Assembly: GCA_964448095.1 (NCBI GenBank)
Contig: CAYUUT010000001.1
Location: 29,067 to 93,066, forward strand
From: an uncultured Candidatus Saccharibacteria bacterium
GTDB taxonomy: Bacteria; Patescibacteriota; Saccharimonadia; Saccharimonadales; UBA10212
DNA length: 64,000 nt
Reading direction: 5' to 3'
Part shown: positions 43,387-52,235 of the stretch, in pieces
Numbering within the stretch: position 1 is the first letter of the stretch
How the letters are laid out: every line of letters begins with the position of its first letter
Notes under the pieces: generated by a model
Database searches by the model: none
Seen by the model: the letters and a program-made list of their open reading frames with translations, nothing else
Told to the model about the DNA's origin: nothing
Translations under genes and position numbers: made by a program

Positions 43387-44023
43387 TCTTGTCTCCCAGC
43401 CACTCCGAAACGTGCACCAAAGCCGGCTTAGTAAAGACAACCTTATCGGCGTTTAGAACGTCAAAAACGTTCAAATAACGGGCCTGAGCTAGCTTAACAC
43501 CGCCAACATTGTTGGTTGCGCGTACCAGTTCTGGAGTTTTACTGTCGACTACTAACAAAACGCTCCCGGTAGCATTGATTTTACCTAGGAGCGTCACTGC
43601 GTCTTTGGTCTTAGCGGAGCTAATGGCCATATCATCAATGACGGCAATCTTTTCGCTGGTGGCTGCGAGACTTAAGGCTTGACGCAAAGCTTGGCGTTTA
43701 GCCTGGGTGCTGATTTTAGAGACATAATTCTGGTCGCCGGTCGGGCCAAAAGCAATACCGCCACCGCGCCAGATAGGGTTACGGCTGGAACCGAAGCGAG
43801 CGTTACCGGTGCCTTTTTGGCGCCAGGGCTTCTTGCCGCCGCCACTAACTTCGCCGCGCTTCAGAGTTTTAGCGGCGGCGCTGCGGCCATTGCCCAGGTA
43901 AGCCAGATAAGCTTCTTTTAGAAGCTGGTGATTATCAACCTTCAGGCCAAAGACTTTCTTGTCCAGTTTAGCGGGCGTAGCGGCCTTAGCGCCGGCCTTG
44001 GTATAAGTAGCCACCGCCATCAT
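43379..44023 (-). CDS. rplD: 50S ribosomal protein uL4
   Basis: KPWRQKGTGNARFGSSRNPIWRGGGIAFGP. Confidence 0.95.
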   Translation of the reverse strand: MMAVATYTKAGAKAATPAKLDKKVFGLKVDNHQLLKEAYLAYLGNGRSAAAKTLKRGEVSGGGKKPWRQKGTGNARFGSSRNPIWRGGGIAFGPTGDQNYVSKISTQAKRQALRQALSLAATSEKIAVIDDMAISSAKTKDAVTLLGKINATGSVLLVVDSKTPELVRATNNVGGVKLAQARYLNVFDVLNADKVVFTKPALVHVSEWLGDKNE

Positions 44024-44631
44024 TTGGTCTCCTTAAGCAGCACGATGCCTTTACGCGGACCAGGTACAGCGCCGGTAACACCAATGACATTCAATTCCAT
44101 ATCTACCAAGGCCACTTTTAGGTTCTTGGTAGTGCGCTGATCATGCCCCATGTGCCCGGCCATTTTCTTGCCCGGGAAAATGCGCTGCGGGTACATAGAG
44201 CCGATAGAACCAGGACGGCGATAGCTCTGACCACCATGAGTCTTACGGCCGCGGTGGAAGTTATGGCGCTTAATTGTGCCAGCCCAGCCTTTGCCTTTAC
44301 TAATGCCGGTGACGGCTACTTTATCGCCGACACTAAAAAGATCGGCGCTGAGTTGCTCGCCGATCTTTAGGTCTTCTGTGATTTCATCAATGCGAAATTC
44401 GCGAATGATCTTAGACATAATCTTGGCATCCTTGAGATGACCAGCCTGTGGTTTTGAAGGTTTCTTAGTCTGTTCAAACCCGACCTGAACGGCTGTATAG
44501 CCATCGGTTTCGTCGGACTTAACTTGGGTGATTACGTTAGGAGTAGCTGAAAGCAGAGTTACAGCAACAGCCGCACCATCGTCGTTGATGATGCTGGCCA
44601 TACCGATTTTTCGGGTAATTAATGCTTTCAA
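44020..44631 (-). CDS. rplC: 50S ribosomal protein uL3 (TTG start)
   Basis: ITRKIGMASIINDDG ... GKGWAGTIKRHNFHRGRKTHG. Confidence 0.95.
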   Translation of the reverse strand: MKALITRKIGMASIINDDGAAVAVTLLSATPNVITQVKSDETDGYTAVQVGFEQTKKPSKPQAGHLKDAKIMSKIIREFRIDEITEDLKIGEQLSADLFSVGDKVAVTGISKGKGWAGTIKRHNFHRGRKTHGGQSYRRPGSIGSMYPQRIFPGKKMAGHMGHDQRTTKNLKVALVDMELNVIGVTGAVPGPRKGIVLLKETK

Positions 44632-44784
44632 AACTTGTCCCTATTATTTGCATTCTTTTAATCCGTAAAGCGACCCCCTGATTTTAGATACTCAATCTAA
44701 AATGCTTGGTGGCGGCAGTTTCTACCTCTGTAATTGGTAGACTTGCGCTACTCACCAAGTTTCCGAAAACGCTTTTACTCTAAC

Positions 44785-44814
44785 AGATTAGCATAAGTGG
44801 TGGACACCTGTCAA
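44785..44814 (-). promoter_or_regulatory. candidate promoter for the rplC-led ribosomal operon
   Basis: On the minus strand TTGACA-N18-TAATCT with a TG extension, about 150 nt upstream of rplC. The leader contains a 9-bp hairpin ATTTTAGAT/ATCTAAAAT. Confidence 0.4.
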
Positions 44815-44842
44815 TCTGCTGTAAATATTACAAGACTATTTT

Positions 44843-45109
44843 TTATGACCAGGTTAGCTGCAGGCCCAGTGGCACCCAGAAGCCGATGAACATCGCGACC
44901 AGTAAAACTGCGTATTCAATCTTGCGGTCAATCGCGAAGTGGTCGTGCATCGCAAATAGCAAACCAATCAGTGCACCGACTGGTATAGGAACTTGCACTC
45001 CGCTGTGAGTGACGATTTTGAGCCACTGCGAGCCGATTATCAGATACATGACCAGCTTTAGGACATAGACACTGTCTAGTTCCGGGCTAGGATTTTTTCT
45101 TTTCGCCAT
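44843..45109 (-). CDS. small hypothetical membrane protein (3 hydrophobic segments)
   Basis: 88-aa ORF, hydrophobic throughout. Confidence 0.45.
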   Translation of the reverse strand: MAKRKNPSPELDSVYVLKLVMYLIIGSQWLKIVTHSGVQVPIPVGALIGLLFAMHDHFAIDRKIEYAVLLVAMFIGFWVPLGLQLTWS

Positions 45110-45135
45110 ATTGTCTTAATTAAAGCACAAACAGT

Positions 45136-46353
45136 TTAAATCGTGAACTGGCCCTTTTTATAGATAACCTTTTGACTGCCGTTTTTTAGGGTCGCAGTTA
45201 CTGTGCGGTCAGTAGTAGAGATCATATCTACATGGATAGCGGACTCGTTGTAACCGAGTTTTTTGGATAGCGCTGGGGTCATCTTGCTGGTGTCGCCAGC
45301 AAAAGTGTCGTGGTAAGACTTGCCGACCGCCAGGTGGGTGTTGCCAAACGGGCCCCCCATGTTTTCGTCAAAAAGTGTCTCGGCCATAAACTTAGTTATG
45401 TGGCTGGCCCGCTTATCGGTCAATGAAAATTCGCCGATTTGCGAAGCGCCGGCATCTGTTGCCAACATCTCGCGCAACAGCTTCTGATTTTTGCTGGCAG
45501 TTGCCTTAACTACCCGGCCATTTTTAAAGGTTAGCATGATATCTTGGACCTTTGGTCCGTAATAATACAGTGGTTGGTTGAACTTGATCCAGCCTTCGGT
45601 GCCACGCCAATCGGGAGAGGTAAACACCTCAAAACTGGGTATATTACGTCCGCCACCGCCCAGCCATTTACGTTTGGCGCCTAGTGTGTAGTGCATATCA
45701 ACGTCTTTACCCACGATATGGAATTTATCTATTTGTAAATCGCTAAGTTTTTTAGCTACGCGTTGAACTTCTTTAGTTGTCTTTTTCCACTGGGCAATTG
45801 GGTCGGGCTTGTCCAGAAAACAGGCTTTAATTATTTGATCCCAATAAACTTTTTCCGACAGACCGGCTTCTTTAGCCATGCTTGGCGTACCGTACAGCGC
45901 CAGCGTCCAGGTGTATTTGCCTTTATTCTCTTTATCGTTAAACCAGTCCGACACCGGCTTGCGGCTTTTCTGCGCCAGCATCATTTTTTTAGGGTCTACG
46001 CTGTCCATTTCGTGGACGTCGTGGTCGGCAATAATCGCAATCCTGTGGTCCGTCTGCTCCACTAGCCCCTTGTAGTACTTACCCAGGAAGGTGGTCAGCT
46101 GTTTTTGGCTGGCGTGGTCGTAATAGAATTTGCCCATGCCGTGCATGTCGTCGCCCAGGCCGCCGATAATCATCGCACCGGATTTAATCAGTTGCTTGGA
46201 TAGAGCGTTATAAAACGGCAACGCCGATGTTGGTCCTTGCAGATAAACCACATCCCCTGGCTTAATGCCCGCGCCACCGCCCAACGCGAAATTCACCAGT
46301 ACTTTGGCGTACTTCTCCAGAATCTTATCACTAGGCACGTAACTCATTAGCAA
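45136..46353 (-). CDS. M29-family (AmpS/PepS-like) aminopeptidase
   Basis: The N-terminus EKYAKVLVNFALGGGAGIKPGDVVYL and an overall size of about 400 aa match the aminopeptidase M29 pattern. Recognition is moderate. Confidence 0.6.
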   Translation of the reverse strand: MLMSYVPSDKILEKYAKVLVNFALGGGAGIKPGDVVYLQGPTSALPFYNALSKQLIKSGAMIIGGLGDDMHGMGKFYYDHASQKQLTTFLGKYYKGLVEQTDHRIAIIADHDVHEMDSVDPKKMMLAQKSRKPVSDWFNDKENKGKYTWTLALYGTPSMAKEAGLSEKVYWDQIIKACFLDKPDPIAQWKKTTKEVQRVAKKLSDLQIDKFHIVGKDVDMHYTLGAKRKWLGGGGRNIPSFEVFTSPDWRGTEGWIKFNQPLYYYGPKVQDIMLTFKNGRVVKATASKNQKLLREMLATDAGASQIGEFSLTDKRASHITKFMAETLFDENMGGPFGNTHLAVGKSYHDTFAGDTSKMTPALSKKLGYNESAIHVDMISTTDRTVTATLKNGSQKVIYKKGQFTI

Positions 46354-46400
46354 TAATTATAGATGAGACCTGTAGTTTTAGCTGTTGTTTTTTTGGGTAA

Positions 46401-46868
46401 TTACTTAATAACGCCAGCGGCTTTTGCCGCGTTAAGGGCTTTAGATAACTGTGAGTGCAGCGGTGATGGCAAGTTGGAATTAGTGAACCAACCGATTTCG
46501 GCAATCTTTTGCGGTTCGCCTATTTTAACTTTGGCCGAATCGACTTGGGCGGCGTGGTTGATTGAAATCCAGTGGGTTTTGACGCCTTCATGCTCACGGT
46601 GCGCCTCATAAGCCGTTAGAAACTCAACCTTTGTCGGTCTGACGCAAAGTTCCTCCACGATTTCCCGCTCTAAGGCTTCATCGAGCGATTCTCCAAATTC
46701 AATCGCTCCGCCGCAAATATCCCATCGCCCCTGCTCATCCCGGGCTTTTGGGCCGCGTTTCATTAAGAGGATGTTGCCTTTGCCATCGTGAACCACAGCA
46801 CTGACGGACACGCCGATGTGGTCAACCCCGCGGCGATGATCAACTTCTTCTGAAGCAACTTTTACCAT
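46401..46868 (-). CDS. NUDIX hydrolase
   Basis: The Nudix box GGAIEFGESLDEALEREIVEELCV. Confidence 0.85.
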   Translation of the reverse strand: MVKVASEEVDHRRGVDHIGVSVSAVVHDGKGNILLMKRGPKARDEQGRWDICGGAIEFGESLDEALEREIVEELCVRPTKVEFLTAYEAHREHEGVKTHWISINHAAQVDSAKVKIGEPQKIAEIGWFTNSNLPSPLHSQLSKALNAAKAAGVIK

Positions 46869-46884
46869 GATTCTATCTTATACG

Positions 46885-46909
46885 AAAAACGGCCCTCCGG
46901 GGCCGTTTT
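46885..46909 (-). terminator. rho-independent terminator immediately after rpsJ
   Basis: CGGCCC-TCCG-GGGCCG, flanked by an A-run and a T-run. On the minus strand the hairpin is followed by UUUUUCG. Confidence 0.65.
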
Positions 46910-47238
46910 CACATTTTGATTTCGGCGTCGCAGCCGGCTGGCAGCGACAGATTCATCAGTGAATCAATCGTCTTGGGCGTGGGGTCAGAAATATCAATCA
47001 GGCGTTTGTGGACGCGCATTTCGAACTGTTCGCGGCCTTTTTTGTAGACGTGCGGGCTCTTGACTACAGTGAAAGTACTGCGGCGGGTTGGTAGCGGAAT
47101 GGGACCGGAAATCTTGGCGCCGGTACGCAAGGCAGTATCAACAATCTGCTTGGCCGACTGGTCAATAACTTTATGGTCATAGGCCTTCAGGCGAATGCGA
47201 ATTCGCTGCTTGATTTCTGGTTCTTTAGCTTCAGCCAT
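46909..47238 (-). CDS. rpsJ: 30S ribosomal protein uS10
   Basis: [26 protein letters not shown] ... HKRLIDI. Confidence 0.95.
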   Translation of the reverse strand: MAEAKEPEIKQRIRIRLKAYDHKVIDQSAKQIVDTALRTGAKISGPIPLPTRRSTFTVVKSPHVYKKGREQFEMRVHKRLIDISDPTPKTIDSLMNLSLPAGCDAEIKM

Positions 47239-47531
47239 TAAATTTGTTCCTCTTGGATAGGTTCTAGTGGGGTTAGTACAGTCATATTATGCATGTTAGC
47301 TTGGTGTATACGAAATGCTTTATACCTAGCTAAACCGTCACCTCTGGGAATGACATTTGGGATAACCACGTCTTCTCCCTCTGGTGTTTGCCAGCCCATC
47401 TGAAATTTGAGCACTGGCAGCATCCCCAACTCCATTGCCCGAATCTTGCCCAGCTCGCTGGCCAAAAAAAGTTGTGATCTGTTTATCTCAACGGGCGAAG
47501 GGACAAAAGAGTCGTGCTCAACTTGAGACAT
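47238..47531 (-). CDS. hypothetical protein translationally coupled between tuf and rpsJ
   Basis: 97-aa ORF. Its ATG overlaps the tuf TAA (TAATG) and its TAA overlaps the rpsJ ATG (TAATG). No recognisable motif. Confidence 0.6.
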   Translation of the reverse strand: MSQVEHDSFVPSPVEINRSQLFLASELGKIRAMELGMLPVLKFQMGWQTPEGEDVVIPNVIPRGDGLARYKAFRIHQANMHNMTVLTPLEPIQEEQI

Positions 47532-48712
47532 TATTTTGTGACTTTAGTAACAACACCGGCGCCGACAGTACGGCCGCCTTCGCGGATAGCGAAGCGCAGA
47601 CCTTGCTCCATAGCGATTGGCTGGAGTAGTTTAACTTTGAAAGTAACGGTATCGCCGGGCATGATCATTTCCTTGCCCTCTGGCAGCTCAACTTCACCGG
47701 TCACGTCTGTGGTTCGGAAGTAAAACTGCGGCTTGTAACCCTTAAAGAAAGGTGTGTGACGGCCGCCTTCTTCTTTGGTTAGGATGTAAACTTCGGCGTC
47801 AAATTCGGTGTGCGGAGTGATGGTACCGGGTTTAGCCAAAACTTGGCCGCGCTCGATATCATCGCGCTCAACACCGCGCAGCAAGATGCCGACGTTGTCG
47901 CCAGCCTGTCCCTGGTCGAGGTTCTTTTTAAACATCTCAACACCGGTAACCACGCTCTTAGTGGTCGGCTTTAGACCAACGATTTCAACTTCTTCGTTAA
48001 CTTTTATGACGCCAGTTTCGATACGGCCGGTGGCAACGGTGCCGCGGCCCTTGATAGAGAATACATCTTCGATAGCCATCATGAACGGCTTGTCCAGCTC
48101 GCGCTTAGGCTCAGGAATGTAATCGTCCATAGCCTTAACCAGTTCCATAATTGCGTCCTCGGAAGCGGCATCGCCTTCCAAGGCCTTAGTAGCGGAACCT
48201 TTGATGATGGGGGCGTTCTCGTCAAAATCATTCTTTTTAAGTAGTTCGCGGACGTCGGCTTCGACTAGCTCAACCAGCTCGGGATCGGCCAAGTCCATCT
48301 TGTTCAGGAAAACTAAAATAGAAGGCACACCGACCTGCTTGGCCAGCAAAACGTGCTCGCGGGTTTGGGGCATCGGGCCGTCAGCCGCGGAAACGACCAA
48401 GATAGCACCGTCGATCTGGGCGGCACCGGTAATCATGTTCTTGATGTAATCGGCGTGGCCGGGCATGTCTACGTGGGCGTAGTGGCGCTTTTCTGATTCG
48501 TACTCTTGATGGGAAGTAGCGATGGTTATACCACGAGCCTTTTCCTCGGGAGCGTTATCGATCTGGTCATAGGCAATAGGCTTGTTAATATCGCTTGGCA
48601 GCTTCTTTGCCAAGACGGTTGTAATAGCCGCGGTTAGGGTAGTTTTACCGTGGTCAACGTGACCCATGGTACCAACGTTTACGTGCGGCTTGCTGCGATC
48701 AAAATTTGCCAT
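47531..48712 (-). CDS. tuf: elongation factor Tu
   Basis: [27 protein letters not shown]. Size is 393 aa. Confidence 0.97.
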   Translation of the reverse strand: MANFDRSKPHVNVGTMGHVDHGKTTLTAAITTVLAKKLPSDINKPIAYDQIDNAPEEKARGITIATSHQEYESEKRHYAHVDMPGHADYIKNMITGAAQIDGAILVVSAADGPMPQTREHVLLAKQVGVPSILVFLNKMDLADPELVELVEADVRELLKKNDFDENAPIIKGSATKALEGDAASEDAIMELVKAMDDYIPEPKRELDKPFMMAIEDVFSIKGRGTVATGRIETGVIKVNEEVEIVGLKPTTKSVVTGVEMFKKNLDQGQAGDNVGILLRGVERDDIERGQVLAKPGTITPHTEFDAEVYILTKEEGGRHTPFFKGYKPQFYFRTTDVTGEVELPEGKEMIMPGDTVTFKVKLLQPIAMEQGLRFAIREGGRTVGAGVVTKVTK

Positions 48713-48792
48713 TTATGTTCTCCTTAGAATCTGATTAATTGATTATTCTTTTGCATAAGTAAGCAATAGCCCACTCACGCGAATATGCCTTA

Positions 48793-48821
48793 ATTATAGA
48801 TAAACTTAGGCTGTTTGTAAA
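48793..48821 (-). promoter_or_regulatory. sigma70-type promoter for tuf
   Basis: On the minus strand TTTACA-N17-TATAAT, about 80 nt upstream of the tuf ATG. A GGAGAA SD lies before the start. Confidence 0.6.
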
Positions 48822-48829
48822 GGGTAAAT

Positions 48830-49849
48830 TTAGGCGGCTTGCTCTTGCCAGTCCAAGCCATATTTAAGGGCATCTTGGTAACTGACCACTCGGACTCTGT
48901 CAGACTTAAGGTACCTGTTGATGCCAGTTAATACCGTCCCGTAGCCGACCTCCACAATGATAACGCGCTCGTCTTCGCCTGGTTGGCGTAGATTGCCTTC
49001 ATAATCGCGAAGCCCCACCGCGACTTCCATATCCTCTTGCCACCTTACGGGATTAGTCAGTTGGTCGGGAGCGAGTTCGGCTATCTGACCTCCGCTTAGG
49101 GCGACTTTGCCATTGATGTTCAAGAGAACCTCGGCCCCGTAAGGTTCAAAAAACATACCGGGCTCGATAAATTGCCTCAAGCGCCTGGCGGCCGGCCCCA
49201 TCCAACGCGAATGCACGGCGACATCGACATTCTTGATCGGGATGAAGCGGATTCTGGAATTGGCCGGCTCCTCTTTGAGTTTCTCGATATCCTCGCCCAC
49301 CGCACGAAGTTGGGCTAACGTACCTGTAACTGTCGTCTGTTCAGGATTATTGTAGTTGCCAATCTGCACGGCGTTTTTACGTGCCAATTGCTCGACCGTC
49401 TCCAGATCAAGTCGGCTAATCACCGCCAGTCCGCCCGGTTCTCTGGCGTTAACTCCGGCCTGCGCCATTGCGCTGGCGCGTTCGGCTACCAGAGGCAGCG
49501 CATAGCTGTAATTCAGGACAGCTGCCCCTGTATAGGCGTTGTATTCACCTACGCTATGACCGGCCACATGGTCCGGTTTCACACCTAGTTCATCCTTGAG
49601 CTGAAGTTCCGCAGCGTAATTGTTGGCGAATATCGCCAGCTGGTTATGCAGCTGGCCGACTATAGGCTCGTCTTGCTCGACGCATAATCTAAGCAGATTA
49701 ATATCATAGCCGTGAGCCGCCAGAATTTCTGAACCTTCTTCAAAGGTCTCATACGCCTGCGAACTTGGACTGATAATACTGCCCATGCGCGGCTCGCTCG
49801 AGCCTTGACCCGGATAAGTGAAAACAATTTTCGGTGCTCTCTCTGCCAT
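48830..49849 (-). CDS. FabD-like acyltransferase (malonyl-CoA:ACP transacylase fold), motifs intact
   Basis: FTYPGQGS, the nucleophile elbow AGHSVGEY, Arg in LVAERASAM, and His in VAVHSRWM. Confidence 0.7.
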   Translation of the reverse strand: MAERAPKIVFTYPGQGSSEPRMGSIISPSSQAYETFEEGSEILAAHGYDINLLRLCVEQDEPIVGQLHNQLAIFANNYAAELQLKDELGVKPDHVAGHSVGEYNAYTGAAVLNYSYALPLVAERASAMAQAGVNAREPGGLAVISRLDLETVEQLARKNAVQIGNYNNPEQTTVTGTLAQLRAVGEDIEKLKEEPANSRIRFIPIKNVDVAVHSRWMGPAARRLRQFIEPGMFFEPYGAEVLLNINGKVALSGGQIAELAPDQLTNPVRWQEDMEVAVGLRDYEGNLRQPGEDERVIIVEVGYGTVLTGINRYLKSDRVRVVSYQDALKYGLDWQEQAA

Positions 49850-49890
49850 TGCCGTTGATATTACTACTTCTTTCCTTGTAGCAAAATTGC

Positions 49891-50874
49891 TTATGCTGTC
49901 TTTTCTTTTTCAAGCTGGCGCGCCAGTACTTTTACTGGATTGATTCTTACGTCTTCGCCCAGCGGAAAATTTCGCATTAAGTCAGCCATTGTATCCCCTG
50001 GCCCAAGGTCGTAGTAGTCATTTATGCCGAGTCTTATGGATTTCATCATCGCATCTTCAAACTTGATAGGATTATCCGTCTGCCATATAAAGTTGTGCAT
50101 TATAGTTTGGCCCTTAGTATTTAGTCTAGCCGTTCTGGTCGCGAGTTGGGGCACAAGACCATCCTTAAATTTAATCTTGCGAGCTGCCAGAAACTCAGCC
50201 AGGCCTTCGCGAACCTTTTCCATATCAGGGCCATGAAGACCGAAGTTGAGGTTGGGAATATCAATTATTCTTCGCACACCTTCGACATTCGAAAGGCTGG
50301 ACTCAAGCTCTTCTCTGCTGCCGTGGCGATAGCCAAAGGTCGACATCATAGGGGTTATTTTGCCGGCAAAATGCACACCCTCGATGCCGCGGATAGCGTT
50401 CTTGACTTTCCTAAGATGAAGCGGACGCTTGTAGATGACCGCTACCCCACCGCCAGTCCCGCCAGCTATTTGACTTTGCAGAACGCCACGCCGCCGGGCG
50501 ATTGCCGCACCTTCTTCCAGTGTGACGGAGCGATTTATAGCGGACATCAGGATTTCGCAAGCGCTAAAGCATATAAGCAAATCCGGCGTTACGCCGCGAC
50601 TCTTTAGTGCCTCCGAATGAGCGTAGCCGATAGCATATGTAGCCGGCTGAATCTCTCCGGGATCGGTAACCGGCTCGTCTCTACCGCAAACTTCAACCAC
50701 ATTCACTCCGGTGGCTTCCATGACTTTGGCGTATATGGCCTCCGTGCCCGGTTCTTCCAGTAACTCAATGCCGTCCTTCCAGGAATCGTCTTTAATGTTT
50801 TGGCCAGGAGCCATATACGCAACAATTCGATTTTCGGTATCGACTGGCTGGGCTTCAGAGTTGACTAGTGACAT
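49891..50874 (-). CDS. divergent FabD-like acyltransferase paralog
   Basis: YMAPGQN replaces FPGQGS, and ICFSACEI replaces GHSxGE with the Ser retained. ARRRGVL and NFGLHGPDM are retained. Confidence 0.55.
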   Translation of the reverse strand: MSLVNSEAQPVDTENRIVAYMAPGQNIKDDSWKDGIELLEEPGTEAIYAKVMEATGVNVVEVCGRDEPVTDPGEIQPATYAIGYAHSEALKSRGVTPDLLICFSACEILMSAINRSVTLEEGAAIARRRGVLQSQIAGGTGGGVAVIYKRPLHLRKVKNAIRGIEGVHFAGKITPMMSTFGYRHGSREELESSLSNVEGVRRIIDIPNLNFGLHGPDMEKVREGLAEFLAARKIKFKDGLVPQLATRTARLNTKGQTIMHNFIWQTDNPIKFEDAMMKSIRLGINDYYDLGPGDTMADLMRNFPLGEDVRINPVKVLARQLEKEKTA

Positions 50875-51005
50875 TTGTAATAATATGCCACTTATTCACG
50901 TAATTGTAAATTACTTAGCGGATTTGGCGATGATGCCCGCGAAATTAGTCCTACCTCTACCATCTCTTTATAAATATCCAAAAAAATGGTAATAAGTAGC
51001 TAGAG

Positions 51006-52133
51006 ATGAGTTTTGAGAGTCAAGTTGAGCAGCTGACGGAAAGCACAAAAACCGTTCTGCAGGATTGTGCCTTAGAAAACGGAGCAATCGTGGCTGGCAA
51101 TTCCGATTTGCCCTACTACCCAGAGACTGCCGTTAATTACCGATACGTTTGGCCTAGGGACGCCGCCTTTACTATCTACGCCGCGGACGTACTCGGCTTT
51201 TCTCCGGACACTAAAGTCAATTTTGTGCAGTGGCTACTTGAGCGAGCTGAGGGCTTCAGTGAGTCTGGCACAATTATAAAGAGATACGGCACCAACGGGC
51301 GGCACGACTTAGGATACGGCCAAGCTTATCAGCCCGACCAAGCCGGCGCCATGCTTTGGGCGCTGCACGACACTAGCCAAGAGCCAGATGCTGCCATAGA
51401 TAAAGCCATCGCTTTGCTGGCCAACGGGTTAAGCGGACAGTGGGAACAGACGCACTTTGTGCATCCAACTGATATCAATATACCCGTCCAGGACTTATGG
51501 GAAGACCGGTCACTACTGCCCGAGGACGCCAGCGTCTTTACTTACAGTCTGGCTAGTGCAATTTGCGGTTTGGAGCGGGCACTTGTCCGCCTGGGCGACA
51601 GTGCTGGAGCAATCAGCGATAATTGGTCTTTCGCGGCAGATTCAATGCGAAAGGTGCTGCAAAAAGTTGGCGAACAGCAAACTTATCCTTGGAAGTTGCC
51701 GGTTCAACCTGACCAGAGACAAGTTGACGCCAGCTTAAGTGGGCTCATCTGGCCGTTCGAAGTCAATCCCGAAACCAACGACGTACTAGGCCCGCCCACT
51801 CTTCAGAAGATTGAAGAAGTATTACATAAACCGGGATGGGGCATTAAGAGATACGTCGGTGATTGTTACGATGGTCTAAATTATGCCAGCGACAAGCCAG
51901 AAAACTCCGGAACTTGGCCGCTGCTCAGTTTTTGGTATGTCATAGCCCTAAAAAGGAGTGGCTTGGACACCGCCGCCGACGCTATATATCGTGAAACTCT
52001 CGAGAATTTGCCTAATGATTATATCCCCGAACAGCTCCTACCTTCAAACCGAACTGAGCGACCACCAGCGCCGCTCGCTTGGGCGCACTCGATGTTTATT
52101 ATCGCTAGCCAAGAACTTGGCTACTTGAGCTAG
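51006..52133 (+). CDS. GH15-like glycoside hydrolase, catalytic (alpha/alpha)6 domain only
   Basis: YRYVWPRDAAFT and QDLWEDRS. Confidence 0.7.
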   Translation: MSFESQVEQLTESTKTVLQDCALENGAIVAGNSDLPYYPETAVNYRYVWPRDAAFTIYAADVLGFSPDTKVNFVQWLLERAEGFSESGTIIKRYGTNGRHDLGYGQAYQPDQAGAMLWALHDTSQEPDAAIDKAIALLANGLSGQWEQTHFVHPTDINIPVQDLWEDRSLLPEDASVFTYSLASAICGLERALVRLGDSAGAISDNWSFAADSMRKVLQKVGEQQTYPWKLPVQPDQRQVDASLSGLIWPFEVNPETNDVLGPPTLQKIEEVLHKPGWGIKRYVGDCYDGLNYASDKPENSGTWPLLSFWYVIALKRSGLDTAADAIYRETLENLPNDYIPEQLLPSNRTERPPAPLAWAHSMFIIASQELGYLS

Positions 52134-52235
52134 TTGGCCGCTTGTAGCAATTTAGTTAAACTATAGTCAAAGATTTTACATAAGCGAGAACCTTTTGCGG
52201 CCAGTAAACTAAGAAGAAACTAAACGGGGATAAAT

